Below, piece by piece: positions 9,068 through 17,954 of a stretch of DNA of 64,000 nt (its first letter is position 1; each line of letters begins with the position of its first letter). The DNA comes from Acidimicrobiia bacterium (GTDB lineage Bacteria > Actinomycetota > Acidimicrobiia > Acidimicrobiales > CAIXPF01): NCBI GenBank assembly GCA_947476745.1, contig CANJRG010000001.1, forward strand, positions 457,616 to 521,615, written 5' to 3'. A program made the position numbers and the translations under genes. The notes under the pieces were generated by a model. The model was not told the origin of the DNA. It saw nothing but the letters and a program-made list of their open reading frames with translations, and made no database searches.

Positions 9068-10735
9068 ATGATCCGGGCCGCGCGGGCAATTCGGGCCGTG
9101 CTGGCCGGTGCAGGAATCGCCTTCGCCATGCCCCCGTGGGGATGGTGGCCGCTGGCGATTGTCGGCCTCGCGCTGCTGCCGGCTCTGTTCGCCGGGACCG
9201 ACCGCCGGGGCCGCTTCTGGTGGGGCTGGCTCGTCGGCCTGGCCTGGCTGGTGCCCTCGACGGTGTGGCTCGTGGACTTCTCGATTCCCGGCTACCTGGT
9301 GACCGCCGGGTTGCTGTCCTCCTTCGTCGGTCTCGCCGCCGCCGCCCTTCCCGACGACCGCCGGTCCTCCTATCTGGCGATTCCCGCCGTGCTCGCCCTG
9401 GCCGAGTTCGCCCGCACCACGGTGCCCTTCGGCGGGGTCCCCCTCTCGACGTTGGCCATGAGCCAGGTGGCCTCACCCCTCGGGGTCGTGGCGCGGGTCG
9501 GCGGCACCGTGGTCCTGACGCTGGCGACCGTCGCCGTCGGCATGGCCGCGGCCGCGGCCGCGGCCCGACACTGGCGTCCGGCCGTCGTCGCCCTGGTCGC
9601 CGTCGTCGCCCTGGTCGCCCTGGCGCGGGTGGCTCCGAGCGGTCACGATGTGGGGCCGTTGGAGGTCGCCGTCGTGCAGGGCGGCGGGCCACAACGCACC
9701 CGGGCGGTGGACTCCGACGCCGGCGCGGTGTTCGAGCGCCATCTCGCCGCCTCCGAGGCCATCGAGCTGCCGGTGGACCTGGTCCTGTGGCCGGAGAACG
9801 TAGTCAGCGTGTCCGGCTCCCTGGCCGGCAGCGCCGAGGAGAAGGCCCTGGTCGGCCTGGCCGAACAGGTCAGGGCCCCGGTTGTACCCGGCGTCGTGGA
9901 GTCCTTCCCCGGCGAATTCTTCAACGCCTCGGTGGTGATCACCCCCGACGGGCAGACGGTCAGCCGCTACGACAAGGTCCGCCGGGTGCCCTTCGGCGAG
10001 TACGTACCGCTGCGCGACGCCATGGACCTGCTCTCCGGCGGCGCCGTTTCCCGCTACGTGCCCAGCGATGCCGTGCCCGGCACCGGGCCGGCCGTGCTCG
10101 ACACACCTATCGGGACGATGGGGGTCGTGATCTCATGGGAGGTGTTCTTCGAACGCCGGGCCCGTGACGCCATCAGCCACGGCGGTGAAGTCCTGCTGAA
10201 CCCGACGAACGGGTCGAGCTACTGGCTGACCATCGTGCAGTCCCAGCAGGTGGAGTCGTCGCGGCTGCGGGCGCTCGAGACCGGCCGCTGGGTGCTGCAG
10301 GCAGCGCCGACGGGCTTCTCGGCCATCGTGTCGCCCGACGGCACGGTCCACCAGCGCTCCGCCATCAGCGAGGCCGCCGTGCTGCAGCAGACCATCCAGC
10401 GCCGCGCCGGGTTGACCTGGTCGGTCCGGTTCGGACCGTGGCCAGGGCTTACGGCCTGCGCCCTGTTCCTGGCCGCGGCCCACCTCCTGACCCGCCGCCG
10501 GCCCAAGGCCACGAACCACGTCGCCACCGAGGGTGGAACCGCACCCGGCGGAACGGCACCCGGCGCCGAACCCGCGGAGGCAACCACGTCCGCGTCGGTA
10601 GCCGACGTCGCCAACCCACTCGCGGCGACCGCGGCCGGGACCCGGGTGGACGGCAGCGCGACGCCCACACTCCCGACCGAGTCCGGTCCAACCCAGCCGG
10701 GGCCAACCGAACCCGGCCCAACCCAGGACTGGTGA
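9068..10735 (+). CDS. lnt: apolipoprotein N-acyltransferase homolog (CN-hydrolase domain; nucleophile position is Ser)
   Basis: Multi-TM N-terminus plus a CN-hydrolase domain with Glu (LVLWPENVV) and Lys (YDKVRRVPFGEYVP). The segment aligning to E. coli AAICYEII reads GVVISWEVFF. Low-complexity C-terminal tail (GPTQPGPTEPGPTQ). Confidence 0.8.
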   Translation: MIRAARAIRAVLAGAGIAFAMPPWGWWPLAIVGLALLPALFAGTDRRGRFWWGWLVGLAWLVPSTVWLVDFSIPGYLVTAGLLSSFVGLAAAALPDDRRSSYLAIPAVLALAEFARTTVPFGGVPLSTLAMSQVASPLGVVARVGGTVVLTLATVAVGMAAAAAAARHWRPAVVALVAVVALVALARVAPSGHDVGPLEVAVVQGGGPQRTRAVDSDAGAVFERHLAASEAIELPVDLVLWPENVVSVSGSLAGSAEEKALVGLAEQVRAPVVPGVVESFPGEFFNASVVITPDGQTVSRYDKVRRVPFGEYVPLRDAMDLLSGGAVSRYVPSDAVPGTGPAVLDTPIGTMGVVISWEVFFERRARDAISHGGEVLLNPTNGSSYWLTIVQSQQVESSRLRALETGRWVLQAAPTGFSAIVSPDGTVHQRSAISEAAVLQQTIQRRAGLTWSVRFGPWPGLTACALFLAAAHLLTRRRPKATNHVATEGGTAPGGTAPGAEPAEATTSASVADVANPLAATAAGTRVDGSATPTLPTESGPTQPGPTEPGPTQDW

Positions 10736-11146
10736 GCAGGGTCGGCCAGCGACGCTGTAGCGGCAACAGCGAGGCCTCTCCCGACCTCAGCTGACTGTCC
10801 TGCCGATCCCGCGCCCCCCACCTCCCGGCCACGCCAGCGCCCCCCGGCCACGCCCGTTTCCGGCGTCCTTCTGCGCCGCATTCCCGGGCACCCTGAACCG
10901 TTCAGACCCCCGCGGTGGTCGCTCGGGCGAGACCGAGGCGGATTCGGGCAAAATACCGCTCGGTATTGCCCCGATTTGTTGACGTTGTGTGACTTGCCGA
11001 ACGCGAAGGGTCAACATTTCGACCTCCTTGCCCAGCTGCGTCGGAAAAAACCGCCACGGTCTCCCGAAATAGATCGATTTCGGCCTGGCCGACCAGCAAC
11101 GGGCCACCGTCATCGCATCGATTCGGTATCGATTCGCCGAACCGGC

Positions 11147-11200
11147 AGCGCCGAAGCGCCGAAGCGCCGAATCGCCGAATCGCCGAATCGCCGAATCGCA
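11147..11200. repeat. 8-bp tandem microsatellite (agcgccga x3, atcgccga x3, partial unit)
   Basis: Read directly: six full 8-nt units plus a partial unit in the lnt/dtd convergent spacer. It is preceded by atcgattcg repeated with an 11-nt period at 11117-11136. Confidence 0.9.
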
Positions 11201-11272
11201 CCGGCCGAACTCGACCCGAACCCAACCGAACCCGAACCCGACCCCGGCCGGACCTGATCGGCACGATCTCGT

Positions 11273-11710
11273 TCAGACGTCGATCAGGATGGTGACCGGG
11301 CCGTCGTTGACGAGGGAAACGGCCATGTCGGTCCGGAAACGGCCGGTGGCGACCGAGGCACCGAGTCGGGCCAGTTCCGCCACCATCGCGTCGATCAGCG
11401 GCTCAGCCACCTCGGGTCGGGCGGCGTCGATCCACGACGGGCGCCGACCCCGTTCGGTGTTGCCGTAAAGCGTGAACTGGCTGACCACCAGCACGGCGGC
11501 GGTCGTATCGGCCACCGAACGGTTCATGACGCCGGCATCGTCGTCCATGATCCGCAGGTTCCACAGCTTGGCCGCCAGCTTGGTCGCCTCGGCCACGGTG
11601 TCGTCGTGGGTCACCCCCACCAGCACGCACAGCCCCGCCCCGATGGCCCCGACCAACTCGCCGTCGACCCTGACCGACGCCTCCGTCACCCGTTGCACGA
11701 CCGCACGCAC
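11273..11710 (-). CDS. dtd: D-aminoacyl-tRNA deacylase
   Basis: MRAVVQRV start, SQFTLYG and NDGPVT motifs, 145 aa. Confidence 0.95.
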   Translation of the reverse strand: MRAVVQRVTEASVRVDGELVGAIGAGLCVLVGVTHDDTVAEATKLAAKLWNLRIMDDDAGVMNRSVADTTAAVLVVSQFTLYGNTERGRRPSWIDAARPEVAEPLIDAMVAELARLGASVATGRFRTDMAVSLVNDGPVTILIDV

Positions 11711-11773
11711 GTTGCCTACTCCCCGGTAGCTTCCTCCGGCCCAGAACCGACGCCGACCCTAGTGTGAGCATCC

Positions 11774-13102
11774 GTGCCCGAGACCCCCCTGCGCATCGCC
11801 TACCTCTGCTACCGGGGCAAGCCCCACGTGGGTGGCCAGGGCGTCTACACCCGTCATCTGACCAAGGCGCTGGTCGACCTCGGCCACACCGTCGACGTAC
11901 TGGGCGGCCAGCCCTACCCGGTCCTCGACGATCGGGTGCCGTTGCTGAAGCTGCCCAGCCTGGACCTCTACAACGACCACTACCCGTTGCGGCCACCGGG
12001 CATCTGGGAGCTCAAGAGTTGGCCGGACTGGGTGGAGACCGCGGTGTTCATGAGCGGCTCGTTTCCCGAACCGCTGTCGTTCTCGCTGCGGGCCTGGCGG
12101 TACCTCGCCGACCAGCAACGAACCAGACCCGGGTTCTACGACGTGGTCCACGACAACCAGTGCCTCGGCTACGGCCTGTTGGGCATCGAGCGGGCCGGGT
12201 TGCCGGTGATCGCCACGATCCACCACCCCATCACGGTCGACAAGCGGCTCGAGCTCGAGGCGGCCCGCACCCGCTACGAACGGATCTCCAAGGCCCGCTG
12301 GCACGGGTTCACCCGGATGCAGATCCGGGTCGCTCGCCGGATGCGCCGGGTGATCACCGTCTCGGAGAACTCCCACCGCGACATCCAGGCCGAGTTCGCC
12401 GTTCCCGGGGAGCGGATACAGGTCATCCCGGTCGGGGTCGACGTGGAGCTGTTCCGGCCGCTCAAGCACGTGGCGGTGGTCCCGGGCCGCATCATCACCA
12501 CCGCCTCCGCCGACGTGGCCCTCAAGGGGTTGCGCTTCCTGCTCGAGGCGCTGGCCAAGGTCCGCGTCGACCGGCCGCACGCCCATCTGGTGCTCATCGG
12601 GCGACGGAAGCCGGGCGGGCCGTCCGACCGGATCATCGCCGAGCTGGGGCTGGAGGACGCGGTGTCCTTCGTCACCGGGGTCGACGAGTCGCGCATCATC
12701 GAGTTGTACGCCGAGGCCGAAGTCGCCGTAGTGCCCTCGCTGTACGAGGGGTTCAGCCTCCCGGCCATCGAGGCGCAGAGCTGCGGGGTGCCGCTCGTCG
12801 CCACCACCGGTGGGGCCATTCCCGAGGTGGTCGGCAAGGACGGTGACACCGCCCTGCTGATACCCCCGGGCGACAGCGAGGCACTCGCCGAGGCCCTGCG
12901 GCACACCTTGGGGCGCGGCGCCGAGCTGCGGGCCGGGCTCGGGGCACGGGGACGCCAACGGGTGGTCGAGAACTGGAGCTGGGCGGTGATGGCCGCCCAC
13001 ACGGTCGACGAGTACCGGCGCACGATCGAGGACAAGCAACGCCACCCGGGCCTGCCCGGCACCGGCGGCGGGTCGTCCCGGTTCGGGCGTCGGCATCGCT
13101 GA
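11774..13102 (+). CDS. glycosyltransferase family 4 (GT-B)
   Basis: N-terminal GKPHVGGQGVY and a C-terminal EGFSLPAIEAQSCGVPLVAT (E-x7-E type) motif. Confidence 0.85.
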   Translation: MPETPLRIAYLCYRGKPHVGGQGVYTRHLTKALVDLGHTVDVLGGQPYPVLDDRVPLLKLPSLDLYNDHYPLRPPGIWELKSWPDWVETAVFMSGSFPEPLSFSLRAWRYLADQQRTRPGFYDVVHDNQCLGYGLLGIERAGLPVIATIHHPITVDKRLELEAARTRYERISKARWHGFTRMQIRVARRMRRVITVSENSHRDIQAEFAVPGERIQVIPVGVDVELFRPLKHVAVVPGRIITTASADVALKGLRFLLEALAKVRVDRPHAHLVLIGRRKPGGPSDRIIAELGLEDAVSFVTGVDESRIIELYAEAEVAVVPSLYEGFSLPAIEAQSCGVPLVATTGGAIPEVVGKDGDTALLIPPGDSEALAEALRHTLGRGAELRAGLGARGRQRVVENWSWAVMAAHTVDEYRRTIEDKQRHPGLPGTGGGSSRFGRRHR

Positions 13103-13899
13103 TGCTGACCGTCGATTTCGACCGCCTGGGTCTCGAGCCCGGCGACCGGTTGCTCGATCTCGGCGCCGGTTTCGGACGCCACGCCTTCGAGGCGTTGCGA
13201 CGCGGGGCGGCGGCGGTCGCCGTCGACCTCGGCCCCGCCGAGCTGCGGGTGTGCACCAGCACCTTCGTCGCCATGGCCGCGGCCGGCGAGTGCCCCGCCG
13301 GCGCCACCGCCGCGGCGGTTCAGGGCTCGGCCCTGCAGTTGCCCTTCGCCGACGCGGCCTTCGACCGGGTCATCGCCTCGGAGGTCCTCGAGCACATCGA
13401 CCGCGACGTCGACGCCCTGCTCGAGCTGGCCCGGGTCCTGCGAGCGGGCGGCACCCTGGCGGTGACGGTGCCGAGCTGGCTGGCGGAGATCATCTGTTGG
13501 AAACTGTCCGAGGATTACCACCACCCGGCGGTGGAGGGTGGCCATGTGCGGGTGTACACCGCGGTGGAACTGCGCAACCGGCTGCAACAGGCCGGGTTCG
13601 AGCCGTTCGGGCTGGGCCGGGCCCATGGCCTGCATACCCCCTACTGGTGGTTGAAGTGCGCAGTCGGGGTCCGGCGCGACGACCATCCGTGGGTGACGGC
13701 CTACCACCGGCTGCTGGTGTGGGACATCACCCGCCGCCCGTTGCTCACCCGGGTCGCCGACCGGGCGTTGAGCCGGGTCATGGGCAAGTCGATCGTGCTC
13801 TACGCCCGCCGTCTGCCCGGGTCGTCACACCAGGCGGGCGACACGAAAAGCGGCCGGGAGAGCGGCGCAGCGAACGGGAACGGCGATGTCGCTGCGTGA
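13102..13899 (+). CDS. class I SAM-dependent methyltransferase
   Basis: Motif I LLDLGAGFGRH and post-I AVDLG. The start overlaps the GT4 stop by 1 nt. Confidence 0.85.
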   Translation: MLTVDFDRLGLEPGDRLLDLGAGFGRHAFEALRRGAAAVAVDLGPAELRVCTSTFVAMAAAGECPAGATAAAVQGSALQLPFADAAFDRVIASEVLEHIDRDVDALLELARVLRAGGTLAVTVPSWLAEIICWKLSEDYHHPAVEGGHVRVYTAVELRNRLQQAGFEPFGLGRAHGLHTPYWWLKCAVGVRRDDHPWVTAYHRLLVWDITRRPLLTRVADRALSRVMGKSIVLYARRLPGSSHQAGDTKSGRESGAANGNGDVAA

Positions 13900-14953
13900 C
13901 GTACCGGGCATCATCAGCGCTGCCGAGCTGCGCCTCACCGCCGACGGCATCGCCGACTGGCAGCTGCCCAACGGGATGATCCCGTGGTTTCCCGGCGGGC
14001 ACGCCGACCCGTGGAACCACACCGAGGCGGCCATGGCACTCATGGTGGGTGGCCACCACAGGGCGGCGGAGCGGGCATTCGAGTGGCTGCTGGCCCGGCA
14101 ACGACCCGACGGGGCGTGGTACCGGTACTACCTCGCCGACGGGGTCGAGGAGGACAAGCTCGACGCCAACTGCTGCGCCTACCCGGCCACCGGACTGTGG
14201 TTCCTGTACCGCTGCAGCGGCGACCGGGGTCTGCTCGAGGCGTTCTGGCCCATGGTCGATGCCGCCTTGGACTTCGTGATCGGCCTGCAGACCGAACGGG
14301 GAGAGATCCTGTGGGCCCGCCAGAGCGACGGCACGCCTTGGTCGTTCGCGTTGCTGACCGGCAACGCGTCGATCAGCCTGAGCCTTCGCTGCGGGCTGCT
14401 GCTGGCCGCCGCGGTCGGGGTGCAGCGGCCCCGCTGGCAGCAGGCCCTCGACCGTCTGCTGGCCGTTATCCGCCACCAGCCCGACGCCTTCGCCCCGAAG
14501 CACCGCTGGGCGATGGACTGGTACTACCCGGTGCTCGTCGGCGCCCTCGATCCCCGCGTCGCCCATGCCCGCCTCGAGCAGGACCGCCCCCGATTCGTGC
14601 TCGACGGGCACGGGGTGCGCTGTGTGGCCGACCAGCCCTGGGTCACCGCCGCGGAGACCTGCGAGTGCGCCCTGGCCCACCTCGCGGCCGGTGAAACCGC
14701 CGTCGCCGGGGAACTGTTCGCCTGGACCCTGGCCCACCGCCACCCCGACACCGGCCGCTACCGGACCGGCTTGGTCCATCCCGGGGCGATCACCTTCCCC
14801 GACGGCGAGACGTCCACCTACACCGCCGCCGCGGTGATCCTCGCCGCCGACGCCCTCGCCGGCGACGGACCTACCGCGGACCTGTTCGCCCCAGCCGGGG
14901 ACCGGCTGACCGACGGGCCTCGCCCGACTGACCCCCCGGCCCGGCCCGACTGA
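13886..14953 (+). CDS. prenyltransferase/terpene-cyclase-like alpha/alpha-toroid repeat protein
   Basis: Repeated DG-W type motifs (WQLPNGMIPWF, RQRPDGAWYRYY, RQSDGTPW). Overlaps the methyltransferase gene by 14 nt. Function is unknown. Confidence 0.6.
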   Translation: MSLRDVPGIISAAELRLTADGIADWQLPNGMIPWFPGGHADPWNHTEAAMALMVGGHHRAAERAFEWLLARQRPDGAWYRYYLADGVEEDKLDANCCAYPATGLWFLYRCSGDRGLLEAFWPMVDAALDFVIGLQTERGEILWARQSDGTPWSFALLTGNASISLSLRCGLLLAAAVGVQRPRWQQALDRLLAVIRHQPDAFAPKHRWAMDWYYPVLVGALDPRVAHARLEQDRPRFVLDGHGVRCVADQPWVTAAETCECALAHLAAGETAVAGELFAWTLAHRHPDTGRYRTGLVHPGAITFPDGETSTYTAAAVILAADALAGDGPTADLFAPAGDRLTDGPRPTDPPARPD

Positions 14954-15012
14954 CCGAGCCGTACCGCACCTGCCGCCGGGGAAAGCCGTCGACCCTGCCC
15001 TAGCGTGAAGCC

Positions 15013-15552
15013 ATGTCCCGTCGCCGTCTGCTAGCACTCGCCACCCCCCTGCTCGTCACCGGGCTGCTCGCCGGGGCCTGTGCCGGGTCCTCAGACCGGG
15101 CCACCGAGCGCGCCGAAGCCGCCGCCACGACCACCTCCCTCGGCAGCACGATCGGCGCTGCCGCCGCAGCGGGCGATCCGTTCTGTCAGAAGGTCGCCGA
15201 AGCCGGCCAGAAGTTCGGGCTGGACCTCTCCGTCACCAACCTCGGGGCGGCGCTGCAGCAACTTCCCGAGGCGGCCGCGCTACTCGCACAGGCGCAGACC
15301 GTCGCCCCGGCGGAGATCAAGGGCGATATCACCGTGCTGGCCGGCACGCTGAAGGACCTCACCCCGCTGCTGACCCGCATCGCCACGCTGAACGCCGCTG
15401 CCCAGACCGACCCCTCGGCCGCCGCGGAGGCACAGAAGGCCACGCTGGAGTTGATGGGTCGCCTGACCTCGACCCAGTCGACCGGGTTCGCCACAGCCGT
15501 GGCGAACCTCAACACGTACAGCAAGCAGCACTGCGGCGTGAAGTTCGCCTGA
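15013..15552 (+). CDS. helical lipoprotein, unknown function
   Basis: Signal peptide with lipobox LLAGAC. Ala-rich helical body with one Cys near each end. Confidence 0.6.
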   Translation: MSRRRLLALATPLLVTGLLAGACAGSSDRATERAEAAATTTSLGSTIGAAAAAGDPFCQKVAEAGQKFGLDLSVTNLGAALQQLPEAAALLAQAQTVAPAEIKGDITVLAGTLKDLTPLLTRIATLNAAAQTDPSAAAEAQKATLELMGRLTSTQSTGFATAVANLNTYSKQHCGVKFA

Positions 15553-15655
15553 CCGGCCGAACCTGCCCGGCACGTCCGGTCCCGCCGACCCCGCCCGGTT
15601 CCGTCGGCCCGGGGCGCGGCCCAGTCGGCACGTGGCCCGGCCGGAGAGGGCGCGG

Positions 15656-16387
15656 CTAGGGGACCGACGGTCGTGCCGTGGGGCGGAGCGGGACATCGAG
15701 CCGCTGCAGCACCCTCAGCGACCCGCACCCCTCGAGTTCCGCGAACGCGCCGCTGGCCAGGGCCCGCCCGAAGATCTCGAAGGGCGGACGGCCACCATCG
15801 GCTGGGTCGGGGAACACGTCGTGGATGGCCAGCCGGCCACCGGGGGCGACCAGCGGCGCCCAGCACTCGTAGTCGCGGTGGGCGGGATCCTCGCCGTGAC
15901 CCCCGTCGATGAACAGCAGGGCCAGCGGCGTCGTCCACCACCGGGCCACGGTGGCCGACTCGCCCACCACCGCGACCACGACGTCCTCGAGGCCGGCGTC
16001 GTACACCGCACGGCGGAAGTGGGGCAGCGTGTCGAGACGGCCGACTGCGGCATCGACCAGGTCCGGTTCGTGCCATTCCCAGCCGGGCTGGTTCTCCTCG
16101 GACCCGCGGTGATGGTCCACGCAGAACAGCACCCGCCCCGTCCTCCGGGCCGCGTCACCGAGATACAGCGCGGACTTCCCGCAGTAGCTGCCGATCTCCA
16201 ACATCGGGCCGAGCACCTCGGCCCTCACCGAGCACGCGGCGCCGTGCAGCGCCAAGCCCTCCTCGGTAGGCAGGAACCCGCGGGCCGCTTCGGCCCGCCG
16301 ACGCAGCTCCGCCGACGGCCCCGTGGCCGGGTCGATGCCGGCCGGGCGGGCGGCACCGGCACGGGCGTCGGCGGACGAGCTGCTCAC
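15656..16387 (-). CDS. class I SAM-dependent methyltransferase (O-methyltransferase family 3-like)
   Basis: EIGSYCGKSALYL motif I and LLFIDGGH...LAIHDV pattern. A 4-nt overlap with the upstream nitroreductase gene suggests an operon. Confidence 0.75.
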   Translation of the reverse strand: MSSSSADARAGAARPAGIDPATGPSAELRRRAEAARGFLPTEEGLALHGAACSVRAEVLGPMLEIGSYCGKSALYLGDAARRTGRVLFCVDHHRGSEENQPGWEWHEPDLVDAAVGRLDTLPHFRRAVYDAGLEDVVVAVVGESATVARWWTTPLALLFIDGGHGEDPAHRDYECWAPLVAPGGRLAIHDVFPDPADGGRPPFEIFGRALASGAFAELEGCGSLRVLQRLDVPLRPTARPSVP

Positions 16388-17037
16388 CAGGTGTCGACGT
16401 GGATGATCGACATGGGGTCGGGACGAAGCGCCGCCTTGAAGTCGGTCCCCTTCGTGTAGGCCACCGGGGTGAGCAGTGCCTGGCTGACCCGGTCATAGGG
16501 GATGCCCAGGATGTCCGCGGCCTCCTGCTCGAAGCGCAGGTGCAACGTGGTCCAGCAGGTCCCCAGACCGCGTGCCCGGGCGGCCAGCATGAAGCTCCAG
16601 GCCGCCGGCAGGATGGCGCCGAGCAGGCCCGCCGAGTTGGCCCCCGAGGCCCGACCTTCGATACAGGGCAGCACTAGCGCGGGGGCATCGCCCATCCGTT
16701 CGGCGAGGAACTCCGCCGAGGAGGCCACCCGCGACTGCTGGGCGTCACGGTCGGCGTCCCCGTGGGTGACCGACCCGGCGTAGATCGGCGAGGTTCGGTA
16801 GCTGACGAAGGCACGCGAGTAGAGCTCGCCGAGCGCCTGCTTCTTGGCCGGGTCGGTGACCACCATGAAGTGCCATCCCTGCAGGTTCGACCCGGTCGGG
16901 GCCTGCTGGGCCAGCCCGACGCACTCGGCGATCAGCTCGAGGGGAACCGGCCGATCGAAGTCGAGCCGCTTGCGCACGGCTCGGGTGGTGGACAGCAGTT
17001 CATCAGGGCTCAGCGGCAGCGTCGACATGGCCTGCAC
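16384..17037 (-). CDS. nitroreductase family protein
   Basis: TTRAVRKRLDFDRPVP...APTGSNLQGWHF, typical of the FMN nitroreductase fold. Confidence 0.85.
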   Translation of the reverse strand: MQAMSTLPLSPDELLSTTRAVRKRLDFDRPVPLELIAECVGLAQQAPTGSNLQGWHFMVVTDPAKKQALGELYSRAFVSYRTSPIYAGSVTHGDADRDAQQSRVASSAEFLAERMGDAPALVLPCIEGRASGANSAGLLGAILPAAWSFMLAARARGLGTCWTTLHLRFEQEAADILGIPYDRVSQALLTPVAYTKGTDFKAALRPDPMSIIHVDTW

Positions 17038-17085
17038 CGTACCGGCCGAACGCGGCCGGCTGCTGCGTCGGGAGGCTGCCTGGTG

Positions 17086-17535
17086 TCAGGCCGCGACGGC
17101 CGTGGCGGCCTCGTTCTCCTTGGCCTTGAACACGGCCCGGTCGAGCAGCACGTACTTGGCCACCCACACCACGAACCAGGCCAGCAGCGATGCCGCGTTG
17201 ATGACCAGCACCTTCGAACCCCAGATGTTGTGAGCGACCGAGGTGGACACGGTGGACAGCAGCAGGCCCACGAAGTTGAGCACCCAGAACGGCAACACCT
17301 CGTGCCGGATCGAGTGGGGGCCGGACTTCTCCCACACGTAGCGGCGGGCCAGCAGGTAGGCGGGCACCGACCCGATCGTCACTGCGGCGAGGTTGGCCAG
17401 CGCGGCCTGCATGCCGACGATCACGAACAAAGCCAGCAGCGACTGGCCGAGCACCACGTTGAACACCGACACCCCGCCGTAGCGGATGAGCTTCATGGCG
17501 TGATCCACCCAAAGCCGAGAAGCCTTCGTCAGCAT
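17086..17535 (-). CDS. GtrA family membrane protein
   Basis: KLIRYGGVSVFN...AYLLARRYVW and four TM helices. ATG 17535 is preferred. The GTG 17601 alternative would add an Arg/Gly repeat N-terminus. Confidence 0.75.
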   Translation of the reverse strand: MLTKASRLWVDHAMKLIRYGGVSVFNVVLGQSLLALFVIVGMQAALANLAAVTIGSVPAYLLARRYVWEKSGPHSIRHEVLPFWVLNFVGLLLSTVSTSVAHNIWGSKVLVINAASLLAWFVVWVAKYVLLDRAVFKAKENEAATAVAA

Positions 17536-17547
17536 CGTCGGCGAGCC

Positions 17548-17595
17548 TAGTCGTGCTCCTTGTCGTGCTCCGTGTCGTCCTCCTTGTCGTACGGT
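17548..17595. repeat. 12-bp tandem repeat x4 (t/g)(a/t)gtcgt(g/c)ctcc
   Basis: Read directly, between or within the alternative GtrA starts. Confidence 0.8.
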
Positions 17596-17696
17596 CGCCA
17601 CCGCCCACGCCGCGATGCGGTTGGGCGTCGAATACGGCCGAGAGCCGTGCCTGCGTTATCCTGCTCGCTCGTCAGGTTCTGTGAAGGAGGTCACTC

Positions 17697-17945
17697 ATGC
17701 CCACGAAGGCCGGGGAACGCCTGAAGTTCGAGACCGGTACCGCCGAGGTGGTCGTCACCAAGGGTGGAGACGGGGCGATCGAATTCGATCCCTCCGGTGC
17801 TGGCGCGTTGCAGGTCGGCAAGCGCTACACCGACGAGGCGAGCGGCATCGAGGTGCTCGTCACCAAGCCGGGCGCAGGTGCGCTGAAGGTGAACGGGGCC
17901 GAGATGGCCCAGGTCCAGCCCAAGCAGACCAAGTCGGCTGACTGA
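17697..17945 (+). CDS. small protein, duplicated cysteine-less desulfoferrodoxin-N/rubredoxin-knuckle-like module
   Basis: Strong RBS gaaggagg 6-13 nt upstream. Contains GKRYTDEASGIEVLVTKPGAGALKVNGAEM and an earlier degenerate copy. Confidence 0.6.
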   Translation: MPTKAGERLKFETGTAEVVVTKGGDGAIEFDPSGAGALQVGKRYTDEASGIEVLVTKPGAGALKVNGAEMAQVQPKQTKSAD

Positions 17946-17954
17946 GGCCAAGCG

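Noticed and set aside
10801-10870. C-rich runs (gcgccccccacctcccggcc, agcgccccccggcc) as a possible 6C-type small RNA.
   Set aside because: I could not draw the two C-loop hairpins convincingly, and the flanking direct repeat ggccacgcc explains part of the pattern. This needs a covariance-model scan and is not claimable by eye.
11147-11200. Tandem repeat blocks (here and at 35776-35833, 55065-55106 and 42836-42863) as possible CRISPR arrays.
   Set aside because: The units are contiguous with no unique spacers, are only 8-21 bp long with 2-6 copies, and there are no cas genes in the window.
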